Source: Candidatus Latescibacterota bacterium (GTDB lineage: Bacteria; Latescibacterota; UBA2968; UBA8231). Taken from it: a stretch of 64,000 nt of DNA. The DNA lies in NCBI GenBank assembly GCA_964291625.2, contig OZ220089.1, positions 4,721,842 through 4,785,841 of the forward strand, given 5' to 3'. Every line of letters starts with the position of its first letter. Within the stretch, counting starts at the first letter, position 1. A model generated the notes under the pieces. The model ran no database searches. It saw only the letters and a program-made list of their open reading frames with translations, and was not told the origin of the DNA. This document shows, piece after piece, positions 1 through 11,751 of this stretch. The position numbers were made by a program, and so were the translations under genes.

Positions 1-2085
1 CACGCCGGGGACGGGAGCTATGCCCCCACCGCCTTCTTCGAGGGGGGCGATCCGGCGCCCGCGCACTCGACGGCGAGCCGGTTCATCCCCTGGGGCCGGC
101 ACGACCTCGACGGCGACGGTCTCCTGGAGCTCATGGCGGTCGACGCCCGCCGGGTCCGCCTCTTCGAGCAGCGGGCGCCCGGCCAGTACCCCGGGCGCAG
201 GGCCTGGGCCGTCCGCGAGGTCTGGGGCGGGGAGGTCCTCGACGCCGACGCCGACGGCCGCCCGGAGATGTTCCTGCGCTCGGCCACGGCCGAGCTGTTC
301 CGGGTCTTCGAGGGCCGCGGCGACGACGACTACGCCGAGACCGCGGCCCTGGTCAACGACACCCCGGGGGGGAACGAGTTCGGCCCGCGGCAGGTGGCGG
401 CCGACCTCGATGGCGACGGACGCGGGGAGCTGCTGGCCGGGGACAGCGACGGAGATCTGCTGGTCTTCGAGGCCGGGGCCGACGACGCCTACCGCCGAAC
501 CTGGCGTTTCCTGGAGCAGGAGGAGTCGGTCGACGGCCGGCTGGTGGGCGGCGGCGCCGACCTCGACGGGGACGGGGAGGCGGAGTTCGTCGTCGGCCGA
601 CTGCGCCGCGATCCCTTCGACGTCGAGGGCCGCCGCTGGCGGCTGTCGGTGTACGGGGCCGCCGGCGACGACGACTACCGGAAGGAGTGGGAAGGGGAGG
701 TGCTGGCCGCGTCCTCCCAGGGAGCGGGCATCGCCGTGGCCGACCTCGACGGCGACGGGCAGGTGGAGTGGATCGCCGTCCTGGTGCCCCACCTGTACGT
801 GTTCCGGGCCGCCGGCGACGGCGGCTTCGAGGTGGTGTGGCACGCCGAGGCGGGGGAGACCTGGAGGCCGGCTGCGGGAGATGCCGACGGCGACGGCGGC
901 AGCGAGCTGTACTTCAACGCCCTGGACGGGGCGATCCGCCGCCTCTCGTGGACAGCGGGGCTCCGGCGGCTCGGGGCGCCGCCGGGGTGGCAGGTCCTGG
1001 CCCTGGGGCGGGACCGCGTGGAGCTGATGTGGGAGGAGGTCCCCGGGGCCGCCCGCTACGAGGCGACCCGGGACGACTCCGTCGTGGCCAGGGTGGAAGC
1101 CGGGCCCCGGCGCTTCGCCCACGTCGATTCGGGACTGGCCCCCGGCCGGGCCCATGCGTACCAGATCGCCGCCATCGACTCGGCGGGACTCCGCGGCGAG
1201 AGCTCCCGGGTGCTGATGGCGGAACCTCGCCCGGGTCCGGTCATCGTCGATCTCCTGCACACCGCCCCCCGCCAGCTGGAGGTCCGGTTCGACCAGGCCA
1301 TGGCTCCGGAGGCGGCCCAGGCCCACCGCTGGCGGCTGATCCCCGAGGCCGCCCGGCCGCGGGAGGGTCTGCTCGACCAGGGCGCCAGGCGGCTCATCCT
1401 CTTCCTCGACCGGGCCCTGCCCGACAGCGGCACGGTGCGCCTCGAAGCTGCGGGGGTGCGTTCGGCGCGGGGTGGGCTCGTGGGTCTCCGGGGGCCGCCG
1501 ACGGCCTCCCTGCGTCTGGCCCCGGTGGACCCCGCGGCGCGGCTGGTGGAGGCGGTCCTGGCGGGTCCGGCGACGATCCGCCTGCGCTTCGACAGCCCCC
1601 TCTCGGCGCCGGGTGAGGCCCGGGCCGTGGTCGACGGCCGTCTCCCGGTCGAGAGGATCGAGCCGGGGGAGGACGACCGCACGGTGCGGCTGGTCCTGCC
1701 CGAGGGGACGCGCCTGCCGGCGCGGGGCCGCGCCTGGGAGGTCGAGGTGTGGGGGCTGCGGGACGGTCTCGGGCGGCCGTTGCGGGTGCGGACCCTGGTG
1801 CGGGTCGCGGTCGACCGCCTCGAGGAGGTCCGGGCCTACCCCAACCCCTTCGATCCCGCCGCCGGCGAGCTGACCCTCGCGGGCCTGCCCCGGGAGTCGG
1901 AGGTGCAGGTCTTCACCTTCGCGGGGGAGCTCGTCTGGGAGGGCCGGGAGGAGGACGGCGACGGCGGGCTCGACTGGAGCGGCCTCAACCCTTCCGGAGC
2001 CAGGGTCGCCGCCGGAATCTACCTCGTGCGCGTGGAGCACGAGGACCGCGTGCGGCGCCTGAAGATCGCCGTCGTGCCCCGCTGA
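1..2085 (+). CDS. Secreted FG-GAP/VCBS-repeat protein with FN3-like/Ig-like domains and C-terminal FlgD-Ig (T9SS-like) domain; 5'-truncated by window edge
   Basis: Frame is open from base 1. Repeated D[L/A]DGDG..E motifs; FN3-like 'LMWEEVPGAARYE...DSGLAPGRAHAYQIAA'; C-terminal 'RAYPNPFDP...WSGLNPSGARVAAGIYLVR'. Confidence 0.8.
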   Translation, partial: HAGDGSYAPTAFFEGGDPAPAHSTASRFIPWGRHDLDGDGLLELMAVDARRVRLFEQRAPGQYPGRRAWAVREVWGGEVLDADADGRPEMFLRSATAELFRVFEGRGDDDYAETAALVNDTPGGNEFGPRQVAADLDGDGRGELLAGDSDGDLLVFEAGADDAYRRTWRFLEQEESVDGRLVGGGADLDGDGEAEFVVGRLRRDPFDVEGRRWRLSVYGAAGDDDYRKEWEGEVLAASSQGAGIAVADLDGDGQVEWIAVLVPHLYVFRAAGDGGFEVVWHAEAGETWRPAAGDADGDGGSELYFNALDGAIRRLSWTAGLRRLGAPPGWQVLALGRDRVELMWEEVPGAARYEATRDDSVVARVEAGPRRFAHVDSGLAPGRAHAYQIAAIDSAGLRGESSRVLMAEPRPGPVIVDLLHTAPRQLEVRFDQAMAPEAAQAHRWRLIPEAARPREGLLDQGARRLILFLDRALPDSGTVRLEAAGVRSARGGLVGLRGPPTASLRLAPVDPAARLVEAVLAGPATIRLRFDSPLSAPGEARAVVDGRLPVERIEPGEDDRTVRLVLPEGTRLPARGRAWEVEVWGLRDGLGRPLRVRTLVRVAVDRLEEVRAYPNPFDPAAGELTLAGLPRESEVQVFTFAGELVWEGREEDGDGGLDWSGLNPSGARVAAGIYLVRVEHEDRVRRLKIAVVPR

Positions 2086-2126
2086 CGCCGATGTCCTATC
2101 GTAGCCGCCCCAACGGGAGAGACTCC

Positions 2127-3137
2127 ATGGTACGCATCGGCATCGTCGGCATCGGTTTCATGGGCACCACCCACTACAAGGCGATCGCCCGGGTGAAGGG
2201 GGCGAAGGTGACCGCCATCTGCACGCGGGACCCCAAAAAGCTGAAGGGCGACTGGCGCGGCGTGCAGGGGAACTTCGGCGACGACGGCGGCGTGCACGAC
2301 CTGCGGGGGGTGGCGGCGTACGAGCGCATCGAGGACCTGCTCGCGGACGACCGCGTCGACCTGGTGGACATCTGCCTGCCCACGACCCTGCACTACGACT
2401 GGACCCTGGCGGCCCTGGCGGCGGGCAAGCACGTCTTCCTCGAGAAGCCGATCGCCCTCGACCTGCGGCGGGCGGACCGCATGGTGGCGGAGGCTCGGAA
2501 GCGCGGCCTGCGGCTGATGGTGGCGCACGTCCTGCGGTTCTTCCCGGAGTTCCGGCTGGTCAAGGCGCTGATGGACGGAGGGGAGCACGGCCGCGTGCTG
2601 GCGGCGGACTTCAAGCGCGTCATCTCCATGCCGGCGTGGTGGGACCCGAAGGACCTGGACCGCACCGGCGGCCCGGCCATCGACCTGCACATCCACGACG
2701 CCGACTTCGTGCAGTTCCTCTTCGGCATGCCCGAGGCGGTGACCTCGGCGGGGGTGATCCGCAAGGGCGGCGTGGTGGAGCACATCGACACCCACTACCA
2801 CTTCGAGGGCGGGCCCCAGGTGACCGCCAGCGGCGGCTGGCTCTCCCAGCAGGGCTGCCCCTTCGAGCACGGCTACGACGTGTTCTTCGAGCGGGCCACC
2901 CTCAAGTACAACAGCTCGTGGGGTCAGCCGCCGGCGCTGCTCACCGCCGACGGCAGGAGCCGCCGGCCGCGGCTGCCGCGCAGGGACGGCTTCGTCGGCG
3001 AGCTGCAGGAGGCGGTGCGGGCCGTCGCCGCCGGCGAGGACTCCGGGGAGCTGTCGGGGGTGAGCGCCCGCGACAGCCTGCGCCTGTGTCTCAAGGAGAT
3101 CGAGTCGGTCAAGCGCGGGCGCCGCGTGCGCGTGTAA
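2127..3137 (+). CDS. Gfo/Idh/MocA family oxidoreductase
   Basis: 'RIGIVGIGFMG' Rossmann motif, 'GKHVFLEKP', 'DLHIHD'; ATG 2127 follows a GGGAGA RBS. Confidence 0.9.
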   Translation: MVRIGIVGIGFMGTTHYKAIARVKGAKVTAICTRDPKKLKGDWRGVQGNFGDDGGVHDLRGVAAYERIEDLLADDRVDLVDICLPTTLHYDWTLAALAAGKHVFLEKPIALDLRRADRMVAEARKRGLRLMVAHVLRFFPEFRLVKALMDGGEHGRVLAADFKRVISMPAWWDPKDLDRTGGPAIDLHIHDADFVQFLFGMPEAVTSAGVIRKGGVVEHIDTHYHFEGGPQVTASGGWLSQQGCPFEHGYDVFFERATLKYNSSWGQPPALLTADGRSRRPRLPRRDGFVGELQEAVRAVAAGEDSGELSGVSARDSLRLCLKEIESVKRGRRVRV

Positions 3138-3173
3138 GACCTCCCGCCCGGCGGGGCCTGCCGGGACTCGCTC

Positions 3174-4301
3174 TCAGGCCGACAGCAGGGCCCGCAGGCG
3201 TTCGGCGATGATCTCGGCCTCGCCCGCCTGCAGCGTCTGGGGCGCCACGGATATCGAGTCCTCCGAGCCGCCCACGAGGATCGCCGGCTCTCCCTGCTCG
3301 AGGGCGGCGGCCACCTCCCGGCTGGCGGCCGGCGCGTGGCCGGCGAAGCGCAGGCGCACGATGGGGCTGGCCGGCGGAAAGCGGTTGGCGAAGGGGGGAT
3401 CGCACTCGGCGGTGATCCCGTCGATCCCCTCGGCCGCCGCCGCCACCACCCGGCAGCGGCGCTCCCACTCGGCGATCACACCCTCCTCATCGGCCTCCAG
3501 GAAGAGTTCCACCGCCCGCAGCAGGCCCACCACCTCCTCCTTGCCGACCTTCATCCCCCGTCCCACCCCCGAGTGCGGATTGCTGTTCATGGAGGCCGCC
3601 TTCACGAGGTCGGCGCGGCCGAGGATCAGCCCGCTCGACTGCGGCCCGAAGAGGCCCTTGCCGCCGCTGTAGACGGCCAGGTCGGCGCCGATCTCCGTGG
3701 TCAGATCGGTCAGGTTCGAGCGCGGCGGCAGCTGCGCCGCGGCGTCGACGATGACCGGAACGCCGCGCCGCCGGGCGATGGGGACGATCTCGCGCAGCTG
3801 CTCCAGGGGCTGGCTCCCGAGGAAGAACACGACGGCGGCGGTGCGCTCGTCGAGGGCGGCCTCGTAGTCGGCCGCCGAGACCGACTCCCGGGACCCGACC
3901 CGGATCAGCTCGCCGCCGCAGACCCGGAACCCCTGGTGAACGTAGAAGTGGCTGTCCACGAGGCTGATGACGAAGCGGTTCGGGCGGCCGCCGGTGTCGG
4001 GCAGGGATGCGATCGCCCCGGGGTCGGTGCCGGTGAGACAGGCGGCGCCGGCCAGCAGCATGCCGCTGGCGGCGCCGGCGCAGACGAAGGCGGCCTCGGT
4101 CCCGGTGAGGCCGGCGATGCGCTCGCCCACCCGGTCGTGCAGCTCCTCCAGGCGGACGAAGCTCAGGGAGGCCTCGGCCATGGCGGCCACGACCTCGGGC
4201 GGCATGATCGACCCGCCGAGGGTGGTGATCGTGCCGCGGGCGTTGATGAAGGTGCGCAGGCCCAGGCGGGAGTAGATGGAGACGGGGGGGGTGCCGGTCA
4301 T
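3174..4301 (-). CDS. SelA-like PLP-dependent enzyme (D-glucosaminate-6-phosphate ammonia-lyase DgaE-like)
   Basis: 'FINARGTITTLGGS', 'VDAAAQ', PLP-lysine motif 'YSGGKGLFGPQSSG', 'GRGMKVGKEE'. Confidence 0.8.
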   Translation of the reverse strand: MTGTPPVSIYSRLGLRTFINARGTITTLGGSIMPPEVVAAMAEASLSFVRLEELHDRVGERIAGLTGTEAAFVCAGAASGMLLAGAACLTGTDPGAIASLPDTGGRPNRFVISLVDSHFYVHQGFRVCGGELIRVGSRESVSAADYEAALDERTAAVVFFLGSQPLEQLREIVPIARRRGVPVIVDAAAQLPPRSNLTDLTTEIGADLAVYSGGKGLFGPQSSGLILGRADLVKAASMNSNPHSGVGRGMKVGKEEVVGLLRAVELFLEADEEGVIAEWERRCRVVAAAAEGIDGITAECDPPFANRFPPASPIVRLRFAGHAPAASREVAAALEQGEPAILVGGSEDSISVAPQTLQAGEAEIIAERLRALLSA

Positions 4302-4383
4302 GTCGGTCCGATCCTGTCGCGGGTGGGTGGGTTGTGCCGCGGCAGAACGGTATGCGGGCCGGGGCCGCGCTCAAGGGCGGGCC

Positions 4384-4420
4384 AAAGAGAAAGGGCGGGA
4401 ACCTCTCGGCACCCGCCCTC
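4384..4420 (-). terminator. Rho-independent terminator downstream of groEL
   Basis: Stem AGGGCGGG (4392-4399) / CCCGCCCT (4412-4419), followed on the minus strand by TTCTCTTT. Confidence 0.65.
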
Positions 4421-4473
4421 TCCGCCTTCGTCTGCCGTGAACCGGCGGCGGCGCGTGGCCGCCCCGGATGCGT

Positions 4474-6413
<1,940 letters not shown>

Positions 6414-6488
6414 GATGCGCTCCTTGTTTGGAGAGAGGGAGGCCGGAATCGACCTCCCGGGGAATGGGACATCAGCGCCGGGACAACA

Positions 6489-6505
6489 TGCAAGAGCTGT
6501 GCCAA
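6489..6505 (-). promoter_or_regulatory. Sigma-54 (RpoN) -24/-12 promoter of groES-groEL
   Basis: Minus strand reads TTGGCACAGCTCTTGCA = TGGCAC-N5-TTGCA with exact GG-N10-GC spacing, ~75 bp upstream of groES. Confidence 0.8.
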
Positions 6506-6824
6506 TACAGGGTATCCTCCTCCATGAATTGGCAATTCGTTGTAGAACAGAGAGTTATGTACACGGCCTCACTATTCAGGTAAATCATGCATATTGTCCA
6601 TTTTGAGAGAGGGAGAGCCGCATCCTTTCCTCAGGACACATCCTAACCCCATGCCGGAAAGCAAGATAATGATCATTCCCGATTTGACAACGAGGATCGA
6701 GCGGATATTTGCCATATCGAGAACAGACCACCTCCAGGGAAGTCCGCAGGACTCCTTCCCGGGCCGTCCGGCGCCGGGATCGGCCGGGACCGGCTCCTCC
6801 CGGCCCCCGCCCGGAGCTGACCCC

Positions 6825-7610
6825 ATGGGCCGCGACTACCGCGACGCCGTGGTGGTGGTCACCGGAGCCGGCGGCGGCATCGGCCGCGCCCTCTCCGTGG
6901 CCCTGACCTCGAAGGGGGCCCGCCTGGCGCTGGTTGGGCGCCGCCCCGGCCCCCTGGAGGAGACGGCGGGCCTGGCCGGCGCGCAGCCGCTGGTCCTGCC
7001 CTGCGACGTATCCGACGCCGGGGCGGTGGCCGGACTCTGCGAGCGCGTCGAGGCCGAGCTGGGGGAGATCGAGGTGCTGGTGAACAACGCCGGCCGGGGG
7101 GCGTACGGCCCCTTCGAGGAGGTCCCCCTCGCCGATCACCGGGCCGTGGTCGAGACCAACCTGATGGGGGTGATCCACACCACCCACCGGGTGCTGCCGT
7201 CGATGCTGCGCCGGAAACGGGGTCAGCTGGTCTTCGTCTCCAGCGTCCTCGGCGAGCTGCCGTCGCCGGACCACGCCGTGTACGGGGCGACGAAGTTCGC
7301 CGTCACCGGGCTCGGCGAGAGCCTGGCCCACGAGTTGCGGGGCACGGGGGTCTCGGTCACCGTCGTCGAGCCCGGACTCGTGCACTCGGGGTTCCACGAG
7401 GTCTCCCGGACCCCCATGAAGCGCTTCGGACAGGTGCCGTCGAAGAGCTCCGAAGAGGCGGCGGCCGAGGTCCTGGGCGCCATGGAGCGGCAGCGCCGCC
7501 TGTACGTGGCCGACCGCTGGGTCGGCCTGGCCATCCGGATGCGCAGGCTCGCGCCGAGGAGCTTCGGTTGGGTCTTCGGGGTGGTCTGGGGGCGGATGCG
7601 GCGGCGGTAG
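6825..7610 (+). CDS. SDR family oxidoreductase
   Basis: 'VVTGAGGGIG', 'LVNNAG', catalytic 'YGATK'; ATG 6825 follows a GGAG RBS. Confidence 0.9.
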   Translation: MGRDYRDAVVVVTGAGGGIGRALSVALTSKGARLALVGRRPGPLEETAGLAGAQPLVLPCDVSDAGAVAGLCERVEAELGEIEVLVNNAGRGAYGPFEEVPLADHRAVVETNLMGVIHTTHRVLPSMLRRKRGQLVFVSSVLGELPSPDHAVYGATKFAVTGLGESLAHELRGTGVSVTVVEPGLVHSGFHEVSRTPMKRFGQVPSKSSEEAAAEVLGAMERQRRLYVADRWVGLAIRMRRLAPRSFGWVFGVVWGRMRRR

Positions 7611-7628
7611 CGGGCGCCCCGCCGGGGG

Positions 7629-8450
7629 TCAGATCGAACGGGGTCCGGCGAAGGGGCGCTGGCCCGCCACTTCCAGGGCCAGACCGTACACCGAACCGGT
7701 CGCCGCCTCGGCGACGAAGAGCCGGTCGTAGTCGAGGCCGCCGAAGGTCATGGCCGCCACCTCGGCGCCGGGGATCTCGATCAGGCCCTGGCGGCGGCCC
7801 TCCGGATCGATGACGACGATGCCGGCGCCGGGGACGCTCGCGTAGAGCTGCCCGCGGGCGTCGAAGAGCAGGTCCTCGGCGCCCGGGTCCTCGCCGAACT
7901 CGATGAAGACCTGCTGGTTCTGTGGCTGGCCCTCGTCGTCCATCTCCAGGGAGAGGATGCGCCGGCTCCCCCGCTCCGAGACGTAGAGGACGGCCGCGTC
8001 TTCCGAGAGCAACATCCCCGCCGGAGACGACAACCCGCTGATGACCTCGGTCACCTCGCCGTCGAGATCGGCGCGGTACACCGAGCCGCCGCCGTCCTCG
8101 CCGTGCCCCGGGTCGCTGAAGAGAATGTCGCCGGTGGGCTCGAAGCAGAGCTGCCGGGGGCTGATGAAGCGCCGGCCCCTGCAGCTGTGGGCGTAGATCT
8201 CCAGCGCTTCGTCCGGGGAGATGAGGATCAGGTGATGGCGCCCGCTCTCGGCCACGAAGAGATCGCCCGAGTCGTCGAAGGCGATGCCCAGCGGCCGCGG
8301 GCCGGTCTGGGCGAAGAGCTGGGCCTGGCCGTCCACGATGCGGAGGATGCGGTTGGCGGCGGACTCGGAGACGAAGAGGACGTCGTCGGCGTCGAAGGCG
8401 ATCCCGTACGGCGACCGCAAATCGCTGACGACGATCTCAGGTTGGGCCAC
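7629..8450 (-). CDS. SMP-30/gluconolactonase-like beta-propeller
   Basis: Repeated 'P.GIAFD..G.LFV.E' blades and the typical C-terminal 'TFGG.D...LFV'. Confidence 0.8.
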   Translation of the reverse strand: MAQPEIVVSDLRSPYGIAFDADDVLFVSESAANRILRIVDGQAQLFAQTGPRPLGIAFDDSGDLFVAESGRHHLILISPDEALEIYAHSCRGRRFISPRQLCFEPTGDILFSDPGHGEDGGGSVYRADLDGEVTEVISGLSSPAGMLLSEDAAVLYVSERGSRRILSLEMDDEGQPQNQQVFIEFGEDPGAEDLLFDARGQLYASVPGAGIVVIDPEGRRQGLIEIPGAEVAAMTFGGLDYDRLFVAEAATGSVYGLALEVAGQRPFAGPRSI

Positions 8451-8562
8451 GGGGTCCTGGGTGCGGTGTCAGGAGTTTTGAAACGGCGGCCGCCGGGTTC
8501 GGGCCGCGGCCGATGCCAGGGGGTGGGCTGCGAAATATAGCGCCCGGCCCCTGCATGGCAAC

Positions 8563-9339
8563 CTACTGGGCGGTGTAGCCTCCGTCGACGACGAGGGCCG
8601 CCCCGGTGGTGAAGGACGAGGCGGGGGAGGCGAAGTAGAGGACGGCCGTGGCCAACTCGGCGGGATCGCCCCAGCGGCCCAGGGGGACCTTGTCCCGCAT
8701 CGCCCGCGCCGCCTCGGGATCGTCGAGGAGAGGCTTGTTGAGGGGCGTGGCGAAGGGCCCCGGACAGATGCAGTTGGCCGTCACCCCCGTCCCGGCCCAC
8801 TCCAGGGCCAGGGTGCGCGTCAGCTGCAGGATGCCGCCCTTGCTCGAGGCGTACGGCGTGCGGTGGGGGATGGAGATGGAGGACAAGGTCGAGCCGATGT
8901 TGATGACCCGGCCGTAGCCGCGCTCGACCATGTGCCGTCCGGCGGCGCGGCAGTAGTAGAAAGGCCCGGTGAGGTTGATGCCGAGGACGGTCTCCCAGGT
9001 CTCGTCCTCCATCTCCAGGATCGGGGCCCGCAGGTTGACGCCGGCGTTGTTCACGAGGATGTCGAGATGGCCGAAGCGCTCGACGACCTCTCTCACCGAG
9101 CCTTCGGCCTGGCCGCGGTCCGCGGCATCGGCCTGGAGGGGGACCACCCGGCCGCCGCTCCCGGCGGCGATCGTCTCGGCCGCGGAACGGGCCTCGTCGA
9201 GGTGGCGGCTGGTGATGGCCACGTCGGCGCCGGCGCCGGACAGTGCGGCAGCCATGGCCTCGCCCAGGCCCTTGCTGCCCCCGGTGACCAGGGCCGTCCG
9301 CCCCTCGAGGCAGAACAGGCCGGGGGAGCCGCCTACCAC
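8563..9339 (-). CDS. SDR family oxidoreductase (gluconate 5-dehydrogenase-like)
   Basis: 'ALVTGGSKGLG', 'LVNNAG', 'YASSKGG', 'ICPGPFAT', 'VDGGYTAQ'. Confidence 0.9.
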   Translation of the reverse strand: MVGGSPGLFCLEGRTALVTGGSKGLGEAMAAALSGAGADVAITSRHLDEARSAAETIAAGSGGRVVPLQADAADRGQAEGSVREVVERFGHLDILVNNAGVNLRAPILEMEDETWETVLGINLTGPFYYCRAAGRHMVERGYGRVINIGSTLSSISIPHRTPYASSKGGILQLTRTLALEWAGTGVTANCICPGPFATPLNKPLLDDPEAARAMRDKVPLGRWGDPAELATAVLYFASPASSFTTGAALVVDGGYTAQ

Positions 9340-9569
9340 TGCTCCTCCTCCACCATTTCGCGGGCGAGGGTGCCCAGCTCCTCGGCGAGCTCCTCCTTCT
9401 CGCCCTGACGCGCCTTGCTGGTGATCTGCATGGTGAGGGCGATCAGGCCCAGGCCGAAGATGCGCTGCAGGCTCTGGGGCCGCTCCGGGTCCAGATCGGG
9501 GATCAGCTCGCCCAGGCGGTCGAGGAGGCGGCGGTGCTTCTCGGACAGCTCGATGACTTCGAGAGACAT
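9333..9569 (-). CDS. Small hypothetical protein
   Basis: 78-aa ORF with host-like codon usage; fills the operon gap and overlaps the downstream SDR start. Confidence 0.6.
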   Translation of the reverse strand: MSLEVIELSEKHRRLLDRLGELIPDLDPERPQSLQRIFGLGLIALTMQITSKARQGEKEELAEELGTLAREMVEEEQW

Positions 9570-9623
9570 GGAGCAGCAGTATAGTCGGTGCCGCCGGAGG
9601 CCGCTATCGGCGCGCCGGACGCC

Positions 9624-10475
9624 TCAGCCCTCGAGGGCCGCGGCGCGGTACTCCCCCCGCTCGCCGCGGACCAGGCGGCTGAAGGGACCGTGGGGGTCGT
9701 GGTCCCAGGCGAGGACGCAGCCCTCCTCGTGGACCCGGCGGACCAGGGCCTGCTTCGCTCGCAGGGTATCGTGGGGGAACATGTCGTAGGCCATGATCCA
9801 GTAGGGGCTCAGGTGGTGGCGCGACGGCAGCACGTCGCCGGGGAAGACCAGGCGCCGGTGGTCCCCGTGCACCCAGACGGCCTGGTGGTGACCGGTGTGG
9901 CCTCCCGTGGCCTGCACCGAGATTTGCGGCAGGATCGAGCCGTCGCCCTCGACGAGTTCCCAGCGCAGGCCGGCCAGGGCCTCCAGGTCGCCGGGCGCAT
10001 AGCTGGAGCGCATGATGGAGACGCCCTCGCGGGCGTCCTCCCACTCGCCGCGCTGCACCACGTGCACGGCCTCGGGGAAGAGGGGGCGGAGGCCGCCGTC
10101 GCCCAGGATCAGGGCGCCGGCGGCGTGGTCGAAGTGCAGGTGGGTGAGCACCACGTGGGTGATCTCGCCCGGGGCGACGCCGGCTTCGCGCAGCGCCCCC
10201 GGGAGGGTGACCTCCGGGTCGACGGCGAAGATCTCCCGGGAGCGCTCGTCGAAGCGGTCGCCGCAGCCGGTGTCGACCAGGGCCAGGGCGCCGCGGCAGC
10301 GCACCAGCAGGCAGCGGCAGGGGTTGTCGATGCGGTGGCGGTCGTCGGGAGGGCAGGCGCGTTCCCACAGGGGCCGGGGCACGACGCCGAACATGGCGCC
10401 GCCGTCGAGGCGCATGCGCCCGCCGAGGAGGGGCCGGACCTCGACGCCCCCGAGATCGAGGGCTGCCCCCGTCAC
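9624..10475 (-). CDS. MBL-fold metallo-hydrolase
   Basis: 'RLDGGAMFGVVPRPLW', 'LTHLHFDHAAG', 'GGHTGHHQ', 'HDP'; GTG start overlaps the transaldolase stop (GTGA). Confidence 0.9.
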   Translation of the reverse strand: MTGAALDLGGVEVRPLLGGRMRLDGGAMFGVVPRPLWERACPPDDRHRIDNPCRCLLVRCRGALALVDTGCGDRFDERSREIFAVDPEVTLPGALREAGVAPGEITHVVLTHLHFDHAAGALILGDGGLRPLFPEAVHVVQRGEWEDAREGVSIMRSSYAPGDLEALAGLRWELVEGDGSILPQISVQATGGHTGHHQAVWVHGDHRRLVFPGDVLPSRHHLSPYWIMAYDMFPHDTLRAKQALVRRVHEEGCVLAWDHDPHGPFSRLVRGERGEYRAAALEG

Positions 10476-11137
10476 TCGAGGCCGCCCCGCCGGCGGGCCT
10501 CGTCCCAGGCGGTCTTGAACTCGTCGATGGTCTCCACCGTGCGCGGGTGGTGGGCCATGGCCGGCAGGAACCGGTAGGGGGTGGTGACGATGTGGGCCCC
10601 GGCGAGGAAGGAGCGCTGGATGTCGCCCACGGAGCGCATGCTGCCGGCGATGATGCGGGCCTCGAAGCCGCCGTGCTCGATGAACCGGGCGGTCTCGGCG
10701 ATGGCGGCGTCGGCGTCGTTGCCGAGGTCGGTGATGCGGCCGATGAAGAGGCTCACGTAGCTGGCTCCCGCCATCATCGCCAGGGCCGCCTGGCTGGAGT
10801 TCATCATGCAGGTCACGTTCACCCGCACGTCGCGGTCGGCCTCGAGGACGTGCACCGCCCGCAGGCCCTCCATCGACATGGGGATCTTGACGACCACGCG
10901 CGGGTCCCAGGCGGCGTACTCCGCGGCCTCGGCGAGCATGCCCTCGACGCTCTCGGCCACGACCTCGACGCTCACGGGGCCGTCGATGCAGGCGAGGATC
11001 TCCTCCACGCGCCGGCGCATGCTGCCGGGCTCGGCGGCGGCGGCCAGCTTGGGGTTGGTCGTGCACCCGGAGATCACCCCCAGGGCGGCGGCCTGGCGGA
11101 CCTCCTCCAGGTCGGCGCTGTCGATGAAGAGCTCCAT
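10472..11137 (-). CDS. Transaldolase family protein (short Tal/Fsa type)
   Basis: 'MELFIDSAD', 'GCTTNPKL', Schiff-base Lys in 'VVVKIPM', 'YVSLFIGR'. Confidence 0.9.
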   Translation of the reverse strand: MELFIDSADLEEVRQAAALGVISGCTTNPKLAAAAEPGSMRRRVEEILACIDGPVSVEVVAESVEGMLAEAAEYAAWDPRVVVKIPMSMEGLRAVHVLEADRDVRVNVTCMMNSSQAALAMMAGASYVSLFIGRITDLGNDADAAIAETARFIEHGGFEARIIAGSMRSVGDIQRSFLAGAHIVTTPYRFLPAMAHHPRTVETIDEFKTAWDEARRRGGLE

Positions 11138-11150
11138 GCTGTCTCCGTGA

Positions 11151-11750
11151 TCAGGCGGCGGCGATGCGCTGCCGCAGGCGGTCGCAGATGAGGTGCTGCA
11201 GGGCGAGGTGGAAGGACTCCACCTGCGGCGTGGAGTCGACGGGCACGACGATGCAGACGTCGGCGAGCCGCTTCAGGGCGCCGCCGTCGAAGCCGCTGAG
11301 CCCCAGGGTGCGGGCGCCGCGGTCCCGGGCGACCTGGAGGGCCTTCAGCAGATTCCCGGACCAGGCGCCGGCGTTGCCCTGCCCGGAGCCGCCGTGGACG
11401 CTGATCAGCACCAGCACGTCGCCCTCGCCGATCCAGGCCTCGACCTGCCTGGCGTAGACCGAGTCCGGGCCCTCGTCGTTCATCAGGGCGCTGAAGAGGG
11501 GCATGTTGTCGGTCAGGGCCAGGACGCGGAAGCGGGGCTTGCCCTCGCACAGGGTCCACTTGGCGAGGTCGCAGGCGAAGTGGCTCGCCGTCGACGCCGA
11601 GCCGCCGTTGCCGGCCAGGTAGACCGCCTTCCCCGAGCCCCAGGCCTCGAAGAGGAGGTCGATGGCGGCGTCGATCTGCGGCCGCGGCAGGTCGTCGAGG
11701 ACGGCGCCCATGCGCGCGAGGTAGGCGTCGATGTAGTCCCGGTTGCTCAT
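11151..11750 (-). CDS. gmhA: Phosphoheptose isomerase (SIS domain)
   Basis: 'LAGNGGSASTASHFACDL', 'GLSGFDGG', 'VESFHLALQH'. Confidence 0.85.
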   Translation of the reverse strand: MSNRDYIDAYLARMGAVLDDLPRPQIDAAIDLLFEAWGSGKAVYLAGNGGSASTASHFACDLAKWTLCEGKPRFRVLALTDNMPLFSALMNDEGPDSVYARQVEAWIGEGDVLVLISVHGGSGQGNAGAWSGNLLKALQVARDRGARTLGLSGFDGGALKRLADVCIVVPVDSTPQVESFHLALQHLICDRLRQRIAAA

Positions 11751-11751
11751 C

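Noticed and set aside
3174-4301. Selenocysteine synthase SelA
   Set aside because: Too short, lacks the SelA N-terminal domain, and no selB/selC/selD nearby; fits the SelA-like/DgaE family.
6414-6824. CIRCE element or ncRNA in the AT-rich groES upstream region
   Set aside because: No CIRCE inverted repeat and no recognisable RNA family structure; enhancer or IHF sites could not be assigned convincingly.
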